Source: Squalus acanthias (Eukaryota). From it: a DNA stretch of 64,000 nt. A program made the position numbers and the translations under genes. Of this stretch, positions 1-12,753 are shown piece by piece (within the stretch, counting starts at the first letter, position 1; each line of letters begins with the position of its first letter). Location of the stretch: contig CM059432.1 of NCBI GenBank assembly GCA_030390025.1, positions 128,528,001 through 128,592,000 on the forward strand, read 5' to 3'. The notes under the pieces were generated by a model, which saw only the letters and a program-made list of their open reading frames with translations, had not been told where the DNA came from and made no database searches.

Positions 1-3000
1 CAAAAGTGGACTGGACCTCCCCAAAGGTCGGTCAGGTAGACTGGCCATTGTTCTCTATTTAAGCATCTTCTACACGCTGTAGGACTGAAGCCTAGCTTAA
101 TTAGTTCTAGGAAAACCACATGCTTAGCATGCACAAAAACTTTGTCTTCATAAATGGGCACTGCTACATTTGTTCTTTTACTCCCACACCTTATAAAGCC
201 CCAGGACCTACACCACTGCATCAGTTTAGTGTTCTCTATTCTTTGTGTTTCCAAAACTGGCCAGACTGTGTTTACTTTTTTCAGGTATTATTCAGGGAAT
301 CCATGTCAGTTGCCAACCCTCCAGAACAGCCATCATAAATACAAAAAAAAATGAATCGACGCTGTTCGCAGGTTCAGAAGCGCTTTTTACAAGTTGTATG
401 GCAACAATCAGCAACCAATCACATGCACTCGAGGACAATATAGAAAGCTGTAAAAAATAAGCAAAACAAATTAGTACAAACAAAGGCCACAATTGGAATT
501 TTAACTATGAATAAAGTGTGTTCTCCCAGCTGGGCTGTTTTCATTCTGTATGTCTGCCTGCACTGATCCATGCAATATACTGTTTGTATCAAAGCAAACC
601 AAATGCCTCCACAGTTAGGACAATACAACAATGCCAACTTCTGCCAAAGGCTTTAAAAACTCTAAAATGGAATGGCTTGCTCAATTGGTACATTTGATGC
701 TTCTCACCAAAACATAATACTGCTGTTCACCTCATTTGTCTTGCATTCTGAAACTGCAGCTGTAAAGAGCAACTACACTGTATGTCCATCAATACTCAAC
801 TCAAAATTGTCAAATGGGGAAAAACCCCAACACAGATGTTTGCTCTGGTTCAAAAATCTAATTTCTATGCATCTGGCTATCCCAAGACAAACCGGTGACC
901 AAGCACCAGATAATTAAGTAGATAGTCGAGTGCATTCTGCATTGAAGTGCAGGGAACAGGTTAAATATTATTTCAACCATTCCATTGGTGCTTCCTGGGC
1001 ATCATTCAATCATATTCAGATTGATTAGGATTTGTAGGACTGCCTCATGGTTAGCTGTAATGTCAATTGGACTTGTACATGATGATAATACCTTTGGCAA
1101 ATAGATCCTGCCAACTGCTGAGGCGATTCCTCCTCTGGTGACCTCCCGCCTCATGAGCTGACACACTGGTAATATTCCTACAGTGTGGGAAGAATGCTTA
1201 AATAAAGATAAATAGATTACCTGCTTTGTACGATCATTCTCATTCTTTGAATGATGTGCATTCTCCTCACAGCACGCTTCAAACTAACCATCCCCTCAGG
1301 CCCTACTGGATCTAGTCTTTTGAGGATTAGGATTTTGCTAATCAGGCAGAAAATGAACTGCTGCAATGGTATGGGTCCTGGATTTTAGGACACAGAAGAA
1401 GACGACGATTAGTAGGGGGACTTTGCCTGCCTACAGTGCCATGGTGATATTTTTATGTGCAGGTTAAGCAAATGGTCTCCCCAGAACCAATCAAAGTTGG
1501 CGGAAGATGCAAATAATATGAGAAATTGGGAAGATCCTACAAAGTAGGCAATCTATCTTTTGCAGTCCCCTTATGCTGGGGACATGATTCAAGGCGTTTG
1601 AATGGGTTTACTATAATTCAGTAGGTAAAACAAAATGTTGAATCTCAAAACATGAACTATTCTGATTCCTAAATATAGTTCATCCCATTGGTAACTATGC
1701 AGAAGTTCTAGTGGCAGAACTTTGGTACTTCATTATTCCACTGGTCTGTTGCACTTTAGAATGATGCTTTTTGCATGTCTGAATTTCCTCTTCTACCTTC
1801 CCAAAAAGAAAAAAGCTGCTCAGAGCAATGGAATTTTGAACTTTGGCAGCTGTAATCATATAAGTTTTGTTGTATTTCTACTGGACCATCTGGTGCTGCA
1901 GAAAATTAAAAATAAGATCAAATGTTGGGTGGAATGAGTATGTTTTTTAAAAAAAACTTGAGATATGGAGTGCAATTCTTCCAACTTGTACTTAAAAAAA
2001 AAATGGGAAAATTTATCTTTATACTATAATGTATTAAACCTACTGAGGAACAGCTCTTAAAAACCTTTTTAAGTCCCAGATATATCAAACATTTATGACA
2101 TAATGTAATAATTTTAAAGTCACATAAAAATAACTGCAAGTTACAGATATTTTATAATTACATATATGACATTAGTCATTCTACCATTGGTTACCAGTAT
2201 TTACAAGATTTGTGTTTAAGCAAGGTTTTTTTTTAAACACTGCTATATGCCAAAGATTTTTTTAAAGAATAGCCATAATTAAATTATGTGGCCATTTCTT
2301 TACTAACCTCGCATTATACACACCGGCTTAGTTTATAGTCCCTTTTTTATTGTACCTGATTTTTAAAATCACTTTTTTCAGTAAATTAAATACTGGACTT
2401 TGGAATTAAGATGTAGCATTTTAGGTCAAACTATTGACAATCTAATATCGGCTGTTAAAAAGGCTATACAATTAAAGAAGTGGTTTGTTTTCAAGTAAAT
2501 GCTATTCCTTTTGAAGTGATGCTTTGTTTTCTTCAAATGGGGTACATCTCCCCACCTGCCTTGGATTCACCAACTGTATGACGGAAGCTATTTTGCACCT
2601 TAATTTGCTGTTTGTCCTTAAATTGCCATTTTACAGTTTTGCTCAGCAGCTGTTTGACACTTTATTTTCCTTACAGAAGAAGCATAGTATCTGATACATG
2701 AAAACTATGAACATTTTGAAATACAATATCTGAACTTTACCTATTTTTTTGTAAAGTCTGTACTTAGGAGCACAATACTTCCCACTTTTTCATCCAGTGC
2801 TGGTATCAGGCACTCTCCAAAGGTTAGGTTAAAAGACCTGGTCCTACTTTAAGTATTTCTATAATTTATGCTGTAGTATAGTTCCAAATCAAAATGGCAC
2901 AACAACTCTGCCAATACCAGTCGCTATACCTTGATCTTCTTTTCTACTGTCCAGTTTCAAAAAATATTCAAGCACCATTACCCCTTGTAAATGTAGTTTT

Positions 3001-3396
3001 TCTTATTTAGAGTTGAACATCCGGGATGAGAACAATCATTTATCCCACAACAATCTAAGATAATCTGTTGGTTAGTTTAACCTAGAATTATAATGTTAAA
3101 TACCATAAAATCTGGTGTCTAAATCACACTTCTGTATGTTTGCAATCTATAGAACAACTTGCACACCAGTTTTTGGCAGTGATTTAAAAAAAATGGTGGT
3201 TTGAAATTTGTACAATTGCAGTTGAAAAACTAAAGCTCGAAGAATCCAAATGCAAAATGCATACATTTTTATGTGACCTTAACTTCTAAGTTAATGTAGT
3301 ATTCATGCTAATGTCTAATGTTCTTTAATCAGTTTTGTTTATTGAATTACTATATTGAATTCTGTTTATACTGAATACTTATGCACTACTGTTCAG

Positions 3397-3518
3397 ACGC
3401 ACAGCCTACAGAAGCTGAAAGAGAAGTATTTAATCAGGTGAATGTAGTGTTAAAGGATGCAGAGGGAATCCTGGATGATCTACAATCGTACAGAGGGGCA
3501 GGACATGAAATAAGAGAG
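3397..3518 (+). CDS. CYRIB: CYRI-B (FAM49B) coding exon, first in window: (N)[40 protein letters not shown]
   Basis: ttcag acceptor, GT donor at 3519, 122 nt; manual translation matches recalled vertebrate CYRI-B residues ~25-65. Confidence 0.95.
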
Positions 3519-3784
3519 GTATTGATTTTGATTTTTACATTTTTTTTGCTTTGATCAGTAAATGAATTACAAAATAAAACCCATTAGCTGTATTCTCTAT
3601 AAAGGACCCATTAAAGAAGATCTGTGGAAGAAATTAATTCTGTTCTAATTTTGAATGGCTGGCGAAAGGCAGAAAGGCCGAGCCAGAGGCCAAGTGCTTC
3701 CACGCATAAAAGGGAGAGTAAGTCCACGGACAAGTCACCAACGGTATACTTGTGCATCTTATTCACCAACTTACACATTCAATA

Positions 3785-4210
3785 AGAAAGAACTTGCATT
3801 TATATAGTGCCTTTCAACATCTTCCGGATAGCCCAAAGTGCTTTATAGCCAACAAATAACTTTTGAAGTGTAACCATTGTTGTTTTGTAGGAAAATGCAG
3901 CAGATGGTTTGCATACAGCAAGGTCCCACCAACAGCAATGGGATGAATGACCAGTTAACCTTTTTTGGTGGTGTTGGTTAAGAGATAATTGTTGGCCAGG
4001 ACATAGGGAGAACTCCCCTGCTCTTTGAATAATGCCATGGGATCTTTTATGTCCAACTGAGAGGTGTTGGACAGGGCCTTGGTTTAATGCCTCAACATAC
4101 AATACAGTACACTCTCAGTACTGCATTGAAGTGTCAGCCTAGATTATGTGCCTTAACCCAGACCTTCTGAATCAGAGCTGAGTGCTAAAACGGAAACAAG
4201 GCTGATACCA
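3785..4210 (-). mobile_element. DeuSINE (SacSINE1-like), diverged
   Basis: Reverse complement of the 40320-40720 copy: Deu-domain core (gccatgggatcttttat...tgagagg) and L2-type tail (cttgcatttatatagtgcctttca). Confidence 0.8.
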
Positions 4211-4306
4211 AGAATACAGAGCCACTATGGACCTTTTTAGTGACACATAGTTGAATGTTAATCGCAGATCTATTTTTGTATACCTCCACCATCAAGCAGC
4301 TTGTTA

Positions 4307-4627
4307 GGGGCAACACGGTGGCATAGTGGTTAGCACTGTTGCCTCACAGCGCCAGGGACCCGGGTTCGAATCCGGCCTCGGGTGACTGTCTGTGTGGAGT
4401 TTGCACATTCTCCCCGTGTCTGCGTGGGTTTCCTCCGGGTGCTCCGGTTTCCTCCCACAGTCCAAAGATGTGCGGGTTAGGTTGATTTGGCTATGGTAAA
4501 TTGACCCTTAGTGTTAGGGGGGGATTAAATACGTGGGGTTACGGGGATAGGGTGGGATGTGTGTCGGTGCAGGCTCGATGGGCCGAAATGGCCTCTATCT
4601 GCACTGTGGGGATTCTGTGATTCTGTG
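4307..4627 (+). mobile_element. V-SINE (HE1-like), full length
   Basis: tRNA-like head with A box (tggcatagtgg) and B box (ggttcgaatcc), V domain (gtggagtttgcacattctccccgtgtctgcgtgggtttcctccggg), CR1-type tail ending in attctgtg repeats. Confidence 0.9.
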
Positions 4628-6070
4628 TTCAAACTGGGGCTGACATAAGTAAAATATATTCTCTGCTTGGTTTAAAAATGGGCTCTTGGAACAAGGTTTT
4701 AGTCAATCAGGTGATTGATCTTGATCCAATCATGTCATTGAATTGACTAGGTCAAACTTATTTATGCCGTCATTCAGAAGTCCAAACTATTTGTGGAATG
4801 GATGCCATTGTCCATTAGCAGGGACCCTGATCTATTAAGTTCACACTCTTGCCTAAGCAATTAATACTTTTAGTCAATGTACATTTTTATTTTAGATTTA
4901 AAAAAATAAACATTTGGGATAGTACCATGAACACATATTCTTCCCCCCCCAAAGCTTTTCTTCCATTCTGATGATCACATAGGCTTTAGAGTATTCATGT
5001 TTACTAACCTCAAAATATTGAGAAGCATAACTGAATTTGTTGGAGGTGCTGGCAATCTAGACATTTAAAAATACCACATATCAATGTGAGCCCCTTCAGG
5101 TTATTTGTAGCAAAAACTTTGTACTTTGTAGAGTGAATCCCTTTTCCCTAGCCTTGTCTTCCAGAATGGTTTACCAAGTGTCTTTCAGTGGTAGAACTCT
5201 GTAGTTACAAAGTCTAAACATATATCCTTAACCTGATGATTAGCTAGTGAGGACTAAGAATTGTATGTGGAAAATTCGTGGGTTGATATTTAAGCCGATG
5301 AATGTTCTTGATGAACTTGGATATGGCAATATTTGGAGGTTGATAACTTCCCAGGAACTAAACTTCATATGGGCCAACATTCTGGTTTTAGCGTTGGTAT
5401 ATTTTTTTGAGTATAGGTGCTTTTTATCCTGGGAAGGAATGAAGATTCCAGCAAGGTTAGACCTAACAATCTTTAATGCTTGAGCCTTTAGCTTTCCTTG
5501 TAGTGTAGCATGCCAGCACAGTAGTCATCAAAACCTTCTCCATTGCATTAAATAGTAAGCTTTGGTTGTCAAGCATACACAGTTTTCCACTTTGCAGACT
5601 AAAAAATCCCAGAGGAAGCCTCCAAATGTGAATCTAATACCAAATGCATCAGTTTTATGGTTTGGGAGTCAAGTTGGTCCAGGCGGAAATTAATATGGAC
5701 ATGAGTCTATTGGATTGAGTAGCTTCATGACATTTGCAAAAGCTTGTAAATACAAATTTACCACAGTAGTAAAGTGCATTAGCAGACAAGCTAAAAATTG
5801 CTAACATTATTGAAGGACTTGCTGCCATCTGGCACAAGAACTAGAATTTTCTGCCTGGATACTCTTGGAGCATGATGTGTTCCTAAAATTCCGTTGAAGC
5901 ATGGTGCATCCTCCGAAGTGGCGATATCCAGGAATAAATCCTTTTAAGGTAGCCCAGGATCTCATTTCAACTCTTATATATCCACTTCACTGTTGTGCTT
6001 TTGTTTTGTTTTGAGATGATATATGTGATGTGTTTCTTTAGTCTAAAAATAATAACTCTTTATTTTAAAG

Positions 6071-6176
6071 GCAATACAACATCCAAGTGATGAAAATTTG
6101 CAAGAAAAAGCATGGAGTGCAGTGTGTCCACTAGTAGGAAAACTAAAGAAGTTCTATGAGTTCTCCCAGAGATTAG
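6071..6176 (+). CDS. CYRIB: CYRI-B coding exon: [35 protein letters not shown](E)
   Basis: tttaaag acceptor, GT donor at 6177, 106 nt, phase 0 start continues previous exon. Confidence 0.95.
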
Positions 6177-8597
6177 GTGCATACTTTTTTCTTTGGTTCA
6201 TAAAGGGGATATGTTAAGACTTCTTAGTTTTTCTTTTGCACTTTTTCTTTCCTTGTCAAATGGGACTTATTTGTCACAATTCATTAATATACTGTAGTCA
6301 GAAATGCAGTATTGTGAACCAAAAGATAATGCTGTAAATGAATACCGTTGCTGTGTGGGCCAAATGGTTTATAAATATTGCCAGAAAAAAGGGTCTTTAA
6401 GTTTCAAGACATTACATGGGTTAGCACCTTTTTCTGACACATGGTAGCAGCCAAAATTAGAAGAATTTGCATTAGCCCTTTGATTAATAATTCTCTTTGA
6501 CATTAAATTGGGTTTGCTGTATTTTATCACATTTATTTTTTATTCTTAAAAATGTTGAAATCTGAAATTGTCATTGTAAGGCTGTACAGGTTTGTTGAGA
6601 AATAGTGCATCTAAAATATGAACAGCTTGGCGTATAATTGGTGAAGCTTCATTTCTGTCTGGTGTAAAGCACTGAAATCTTATTCTTGACTGAAGTAATT
6701 AAGGAATCTATGATTTTTGAAATAATTTACAATTGGTGCATCATAATATACCGATAGTTACAGCTAAATGAAACTGGTGGTAGTTCAGGATTTTCCCATG
6801 AAATGATGGTCTGTTTGGTGGGGAAATAATATTTTAAATGAGCACATTAAACTGCTTTTAAGCTTGTGCACATTTAACTCTGATTCTGGGAGGCCAGCAC
6901 CCATCAGCCAGCACCTTCAGTTTACACTGCTAAATCCAGCTCCCTTATCCAGGTGGCAAATTATAGACCTATGATTCTGCTGCCAGGGTAAAGGAGCCAG
7001 ATTTGGCAGTCTAAATTTAGCAGGAGTTGGCACGTTTCAGTGGTCTCCTAGAATCCGAACTAAAGAAGCACCAGTGTAAAAGCAGCTTGAAACAAATGGA
7101 TGACTTTATGCCTTGTTCGAGATCAATTTTAATTGCAGGTTTGAAGTGGAATCCTGAGGCGTTGCATCATGCCATGATTAAATTAAGAATCTGTTCACTG
7201 GTCACTGCCAAAAGTCAATGTGATCAAAGAACTCTCCAGTTTCAGGTTTAGCATCCAGCATAGCGTTGGCTTTGAGACTAAAAATTGAGTAACAAATAGA
7301 ACACGTAGGTCAAATATGTGATTTTGTGTTGCTACAAAATAATTTGTTCATCAAGGATTCTTTACTATTCAAAGCCACTTGTGATATAGTGAAGAAACCA
7401 GTGAATTTTCATTTAATTATTTTTGTTTAAAAAACGATTACAACGTTGTAGTTCTCTGACCTGCACAGCGCAATGAAACCTCGCAATATCTCCACTGATA
7501 AACTTTAATTGCTCTGATCCTTCCTGTGTTATTGCCTAAACCAGGTTTAAAAGTTACATTTTGTTATGGTGCTGAAAAGAATCTACCATGATGCATAGTT
7601 TTAAAAAAAAAGCAAAATGTGGTGTAAAATCTCTCCCACTAAATAAACACTCAAAGGAGAAGCCTTCCAGTTATCAAGTTATAAAATGCAAATTATATTA
7701 AGTAGATCTAATCTAAGGATAAGTGCTGCACCATTAAATTTAGTCAGACATGTGGGTGTAAAAGTGGGAAAAGAAAGACTGCACATAATTTTCTTGATCA
7801 TTTCTTAAGTGACCAATCTTTCCACACATCAACATAAATATGGCGACTCTAACTCTATCCTTAGACTGTTTATTACTAATGGGATTTCCATAGATTTGCT
7901 CAGGATATGTCATATAGAATTACGTAGACATGCACTTGTTTATGCAATTGCATATACCAATATATTTAGATATTTTTTAAATTATATATTTGTTATTATA
8001 TAAAAGGAATATTTTGTGTACTTAAACAGTAGAGAAAAAGAAAAGAGGATTTATTGGAAGATTTTCTTAATAGCTAATCCAAAGGAAACTGCATTAAATG
8101 TGAAATTCCAAATGGCTTAATGGACAGCAGGTAACTTTAAAAACTGGAGGAGCAGCGAGGTTGAAAATAAATGGGGGAATTTTGTCGAGGTGAAATAAAA
8201 AAGTTAGAAAGGCCACACGGGAAATAAATGTGGAGGATGAGCTGAGCTGGAAATAAAGCTAGGATAGAAATGAAGGGTCGTGGCAAGTCGGCCTGTATTT
8301 GAGTATAGTTCGGAGTCGAATTGTAGCCTTAAAAACAAAACTCACTGTGAAGGTCAACTCCTGCTGAGGCAGATACTGGGAATCTAGGCATTGAATTTAG
8401 CAGGAAAGGCGTCAAGGGGAGCCTGCAAGTGGAAGTCTAGGTCCTAGTGCAAGCAGCAGGCATTGATGTGACTACTGGCTAGGCTAATGCCACAACAACA
8501 ACTTTTACACCAACAACGGCAGCAACAGCAACCACTTAAAAGCATATACACAGTAATGCCATATTGCTACCCCACCGTCTCAAATCATGAGACAATC

Positions 8598-8880
8598 AGA
8601 CAAGGTTCTATACAAGGTTAACATAACTTCTCTGCTTTTGAATTCTATTCCTCGAGAAATGAGCCCCAGTGCTTTATTTGCACTTTTATGGCATTTTATA
8701 AACCTGCATTGCCACTTTTAATAATTTGTGAATCTATACCCCTAGATCCCTTTGCACCTCTACTCCATTTAGTCTCTTATTTTCCAAGGAGTAGGTAGCC
8801 TCCTTATTCCTCCTGCCAAAATGCACCACCTCCCACTTCTGTATATGGAAATTAATTTGTCATTTACATGCCCATTCTGC
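8598..8880 (-). mobile_element. Old CR1 LINE ORF2 fragment
   Basis: Antisense similarity to the RT C-terminal region of other CR1 copies in the window. Confidence 0.65.
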
Positions 8881-9859
8881 AGCTTTGTTTACAGTAAAAT
8901 TAACATCTCTTTCTCTTTTTTTCTGGCTTTAAACAATTTTCCGAATTTAAAAAAACAACTCACATTTTTGTTTCTGAAAAAGCAACCTTTGTTGTCCCAG
9001 GCGGTTTGAATTCTTCAGCAGACAGATCTGCTAATTGGGTCGGCCTGTAGAAAGTGAGGTGCCTCAACATTTCTAAAAATATAAACCTGACGCCAGAATT
9101 CTGATTTTTCAAAAGTAAGCTCCAATTTTCCCCACTTTTCATGTTATTACGGTTTTTATTAACTTCCATTAGCAACAAGACTAAAACCATAAATCTACCC
9201 CTGGTGCAATATTGGATTTATTAAAAAGTAGCAAATAAAAGTAAGTTAAACTTGTGTTAATCACTCCTCTTCCTTCTGCTAAAATGCTTCCTTGCTTCAC
9301 CTCATGATTGAAAGCCTGATCTTACAAAACCATCTGCAGTAGGATCATTTTATTTTAAAAAGTGGATTCACGTACAGCTCAAAATTCGCACAAATGTGTT
9401 TTTCATTTCCTCTGCTAAAACATGTCACTGCCATCTGACAGCAACAAAGTCCCTTCTTACTCATCTGTTGCAGGTAAAACTCGGTGACTCACTCACCTGT
9501 AACAGGTTTAATAAGATGAGGTACACGTGGTTATCTACTGATCTCTCCCACCGATTTTTAAAGCTTCGTCCAGCCCCAGAGTTTGCTCCGATTTGCCCCA
9601 GTCAGGAATGGCCCCGGCTCAGACTGGCCCCGCAGGGAGTGCAGAGTTTGTGTACCACAGGCCCCCGGAATTGTGGCGCCAAAGGAGAAGGGGGAGATGC
9701 TGCTGCCCTCATCACCATGGCAACCGGCTGAGCACGACGACTCTACAGCTTCTGCCTGCAGCATGTGGAACTTCTCAGAGGCCGACACAACCAACCCCTC
9801 ACCCACTCAGTCATCATGTGGCCGCTGCCCCAACTCTTGTTACTTTCCAATTGGGATAG

Positions 9860-10365
9860 GCTCAGATCGTGGGGGGTCACCATTGACCAGAAACTTAACT
9901 AGACATGAATGCTGTGGCTACAAAAGCAGGTCAGAGTCTGGGTATTCTGCGGCAAGTGACTCACCTCCTGACTCCCCAAAGCCTTTCCACCATCTACAAG
10001 GTACAAGTCAGGAGTGTGATGGAATACTCTCACTTGTCTGGATGACTGCAACTCCAACAACACTCACGAAGCTCGACACCATCCAGGACAAAGCAGCCCG
10101 CTTGATTGGCACCCCATCCACCACCTTAAACGTTCACTCCCTCCACTACTGGCTGCAGTGTGTACCATCTACAAGATGCACTGCAGCAATTCGCCAAGGC
10201 TTCTTTGGCAGCACCTCCCAAACCCACGTCCTCTACTGCCTAGAAGGACAAGGGCAGCAGGCACATAGGAACACCACCACCTGCAAGTTCCCCTCTTAAA
10301 TCACACACCATCCTGACTTGGAAATATATCGCCGTTCATTCATCGTCGCTGGGTCAAAATCCTGT
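9860..10365 (+). mobile_element. Non-LTR retrotransposon 3' ORF2 fragment (CR1/Jockey group, distinct family)
   Basis: YKVQVRSVMEYS...TLTKLDTIQDKAARLIG; homologous to 55425-55960. Confidence 0.8.
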
Positions 10366-10685
10366 AAAATAATTGTGCCTAGATTAGAATAAATTTGGAG
10401 AAGTGTGTGACGTGGTGTTATAGGGAAGTGTAACAGAAAGAGCGTGACGGAGCGTGCTACATGCATTCTTTTTAGCAGAAGTTGATATCTCATGGCTTTG
10501 CACATGGAGTTGAGACCGATTGCAGTATTCAGATCAAAAAGGGTTAGAGGGTGGGGAATAATTAGACCAAGTGGTGGAGGGGGTGGGAGTCAAATGGAGA
10601 GTGGGGCGGGAGACAGGAACGAGGAGGAAAAGTGAGAACAGTCTTGTAAGGGGGGAGCAGGAAGAAAGGAAGGCCAATAAACAAT

Positions 10686-11610
10686 CTAAATAGAAGCATA
10701 GAAAAATAGGAGCAGGAGTAGGCCATTCGGCCCTTCGAGTCTGCTCCGCCATTCAATATGATCATGGCTGATCCTCTATCTCAATACCATATTCCCGCTC
10801 TCTCCCCATACCCCTTGATGCCTTTTGTGTCTAGAAATCTATCTATCTGCTTCTTAAATATATTCAGTGACTTGGCCTCCACAACCTTCTGTGGTAGTGA
10901 ATTCCACAGGTTCACCACCCTCTGAGTGAAGAAATTTCTCCTCATCTCAGTCCTAAATGTCCTACCCCGTATCCTGAGACTGTGACCCCTCGTTCTAGAG
11001 CCCCCAGCTAGGGGAAACATCCTCCCTGCATCCAGTCTGTCTAGCCCTGTCAGAATTTTATACGTTTCAATGAGATCCCCTCTCATTCTTGTAAACTCTA
11101 GTGAATACAGGCCTAGTCGACCCAATCTCTCCTCATACGACAGTCCTGCCATCCCAGGAATCAGTCTGGTGAACCTTCGCTGCACTCCCTCTATGGCAGG
11201 TATATCCTTTCTTCGGTAAGGAGACCAAAACTGCACACAGTACTCCAGGTGTGGTCTCACCAAGGCCCTGTATAACTGTAGTAAGACATCCTTTCTCCTG
11301 TACTCAAATCTTGCAATGAAGGCCAACATACCATTTGCCTTCCTAACTGCTTGCTGCACCTGCATGTTTGCTTTCAGCGACTGGTGTACAAGGACACCCA
11401 GGTGCCTCTGTACATCAACATTTCCCAATCTATCACCATTTAAATAATACTCTGCCTTTCTGTTTTTCCTACCGAAGTGGATAACTTCACATTTATCCAC
11501 GCTATACTGCATCTGCCATGTATTTGCCCACTCACTCAACTTGTCTAAATCGCCTTGAAGCCTCTTTGCATCCTCCTCACAACTCGCAATCCCACCTAGT
11601 TTTGTGTCGT
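10686..11610 (-). mobile_element. CR1 LINE, 5'-truncated young copy
   Basis: ORF 10781..11626 (DDTKLGG...RPHLEYCVQFWSP...GYGERAGIWY) plus CR1 3' UTR and tail; very similar to 59600-60535. Confidence 0.95.
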
Positions 11611-11950
11611 CAGGGTGGAGGAGCATAGAAGAAAAGTGTGAAAACTATCCCGTTTGGGAGAGGGTGGGTTTCCATGGGGCAAAATTGGCACGCTCACCAT
11701 TCTGTTACAGTGCTCCAGTGAGAGCCCTGGGGGAAATACCACTGTACAACCATCAAAGGGTACTTCCTGGGAGCCCAGGAAAACTACTGCAGTGGGCCGA
11801 AAGAACACTGGGTGGGTACCTAAAGGCAAATACATAACTACAGAAGAGGAGTATGAAATTATTTGGGAAGGAAGCGCCAAAACTAAATATTGAGTTTATA
11901 CATAATAATTACAATTCTAATCACAGTTTATCCTCATACTAAGATTGCTG

Positions 11951-11968
11951 TAGAGCCATCTGGTGGCC
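11951..11968 (-). promoter_or_regulatory. CTCF-like motif GGCCACCAGATGGCTCTA (intronic)
   Basis: Motif match only. Confidence 0.4.
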
Positions 11969-12010
11969 ATGGTGTGAAAGGACATGCAGACTCAAATCAG
12001 CAGAATTCAA

Positions 12011-12753
12011 TGGCCCAAAAATTAGTGCCGCTACGCGAGAGTACGCACTGTGTACTCTCGCGTATTCTGTCTCCAATTGCCGGTTTTCTGCATGCACTGC
12101 GCATGCGCTGAAAACCGGCACTTGGTGAATGGAAAAGGGGGCGGGTCCTAGGTGCACCGCGTGCGCGCTACAGGCTGCGCGCACGCTGTGCACTTAGTGG
12201 TTTCAACGCGCAGGTAAGTACGGAAGATTCTAGACATAAAAAAGGAGGAGTAAGACCCACTTTTAACAAGGTAAGTAGTGAATTAAGTATTTTGAATTTT
12301 TTTTAACAGGTATATCTTTTTTTAGAGACTTTAAAGACAGGTAAGTTTATTTTTATAACTTTTTAAAAGATTTTAAATTTTTTCAAAAATTTAATTTTTT
12401 ATTTAAAATGGTTAATTTATTTAACTATACTTATTTTATTAATGTGATGGTTTTTTTTTAAAATTTAATTGAGGTTTAGCGGTTCTTTTGGGGGGCTATA
12501 GTATTCATAACTTTCACAGCACTTATGTGAAAGTTATGAATGGAAGATGGTGTGCTGCCATTGGCTCTAACTGAGTCACGTGATCCCACAGCTCGCACGA
12601 ATTAACTACGCCGGTGGGATACGCAAGCCCAGCACAGCAGCTGTCCAGAACATCAAGTTCGTGCGAGCTGGAACTGAAAAAGCCAACGCGGAGTGAGAGA
12701 TCGCGGGAAGGCCTTACCCTCGCACGAAGGCTTCCTCACGAATTTTTGGGCCA
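12011..12753. mobile_element. MITE, probably PIF/Harbinger-type
   Basis: Terminal inverted repeats tggcccaaaaatt / aatttttgggcca; GC/CpG-rich ends, AT-rich core. Confidence 0.75.

Noticed and set aside
1075..1165. Possible C/D box snoRNA (ATGATGA...CTGA ~85 nt apart)
   Set aside because: Terminal stem is weak and no guide is recognisable; such motifs occur by chance
1..3396. First CYRIB coding exon (MGNLLKVL...)
   Set aside because: No matching sequence found; ATGGG hits near 813 and 2003 translate to unrelated peptides, so the exon lies upstream of the window
4310..4385. tRNA gene
   Set aside because: It is the tRNA-derived head of a V-SINE, continuous with the V domain
9583..10299. 238-aa ORF as a host gene
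   Set aside because: Runs across unique sequence into a LINE fragment, partly out of frame; intronic in CYRIB
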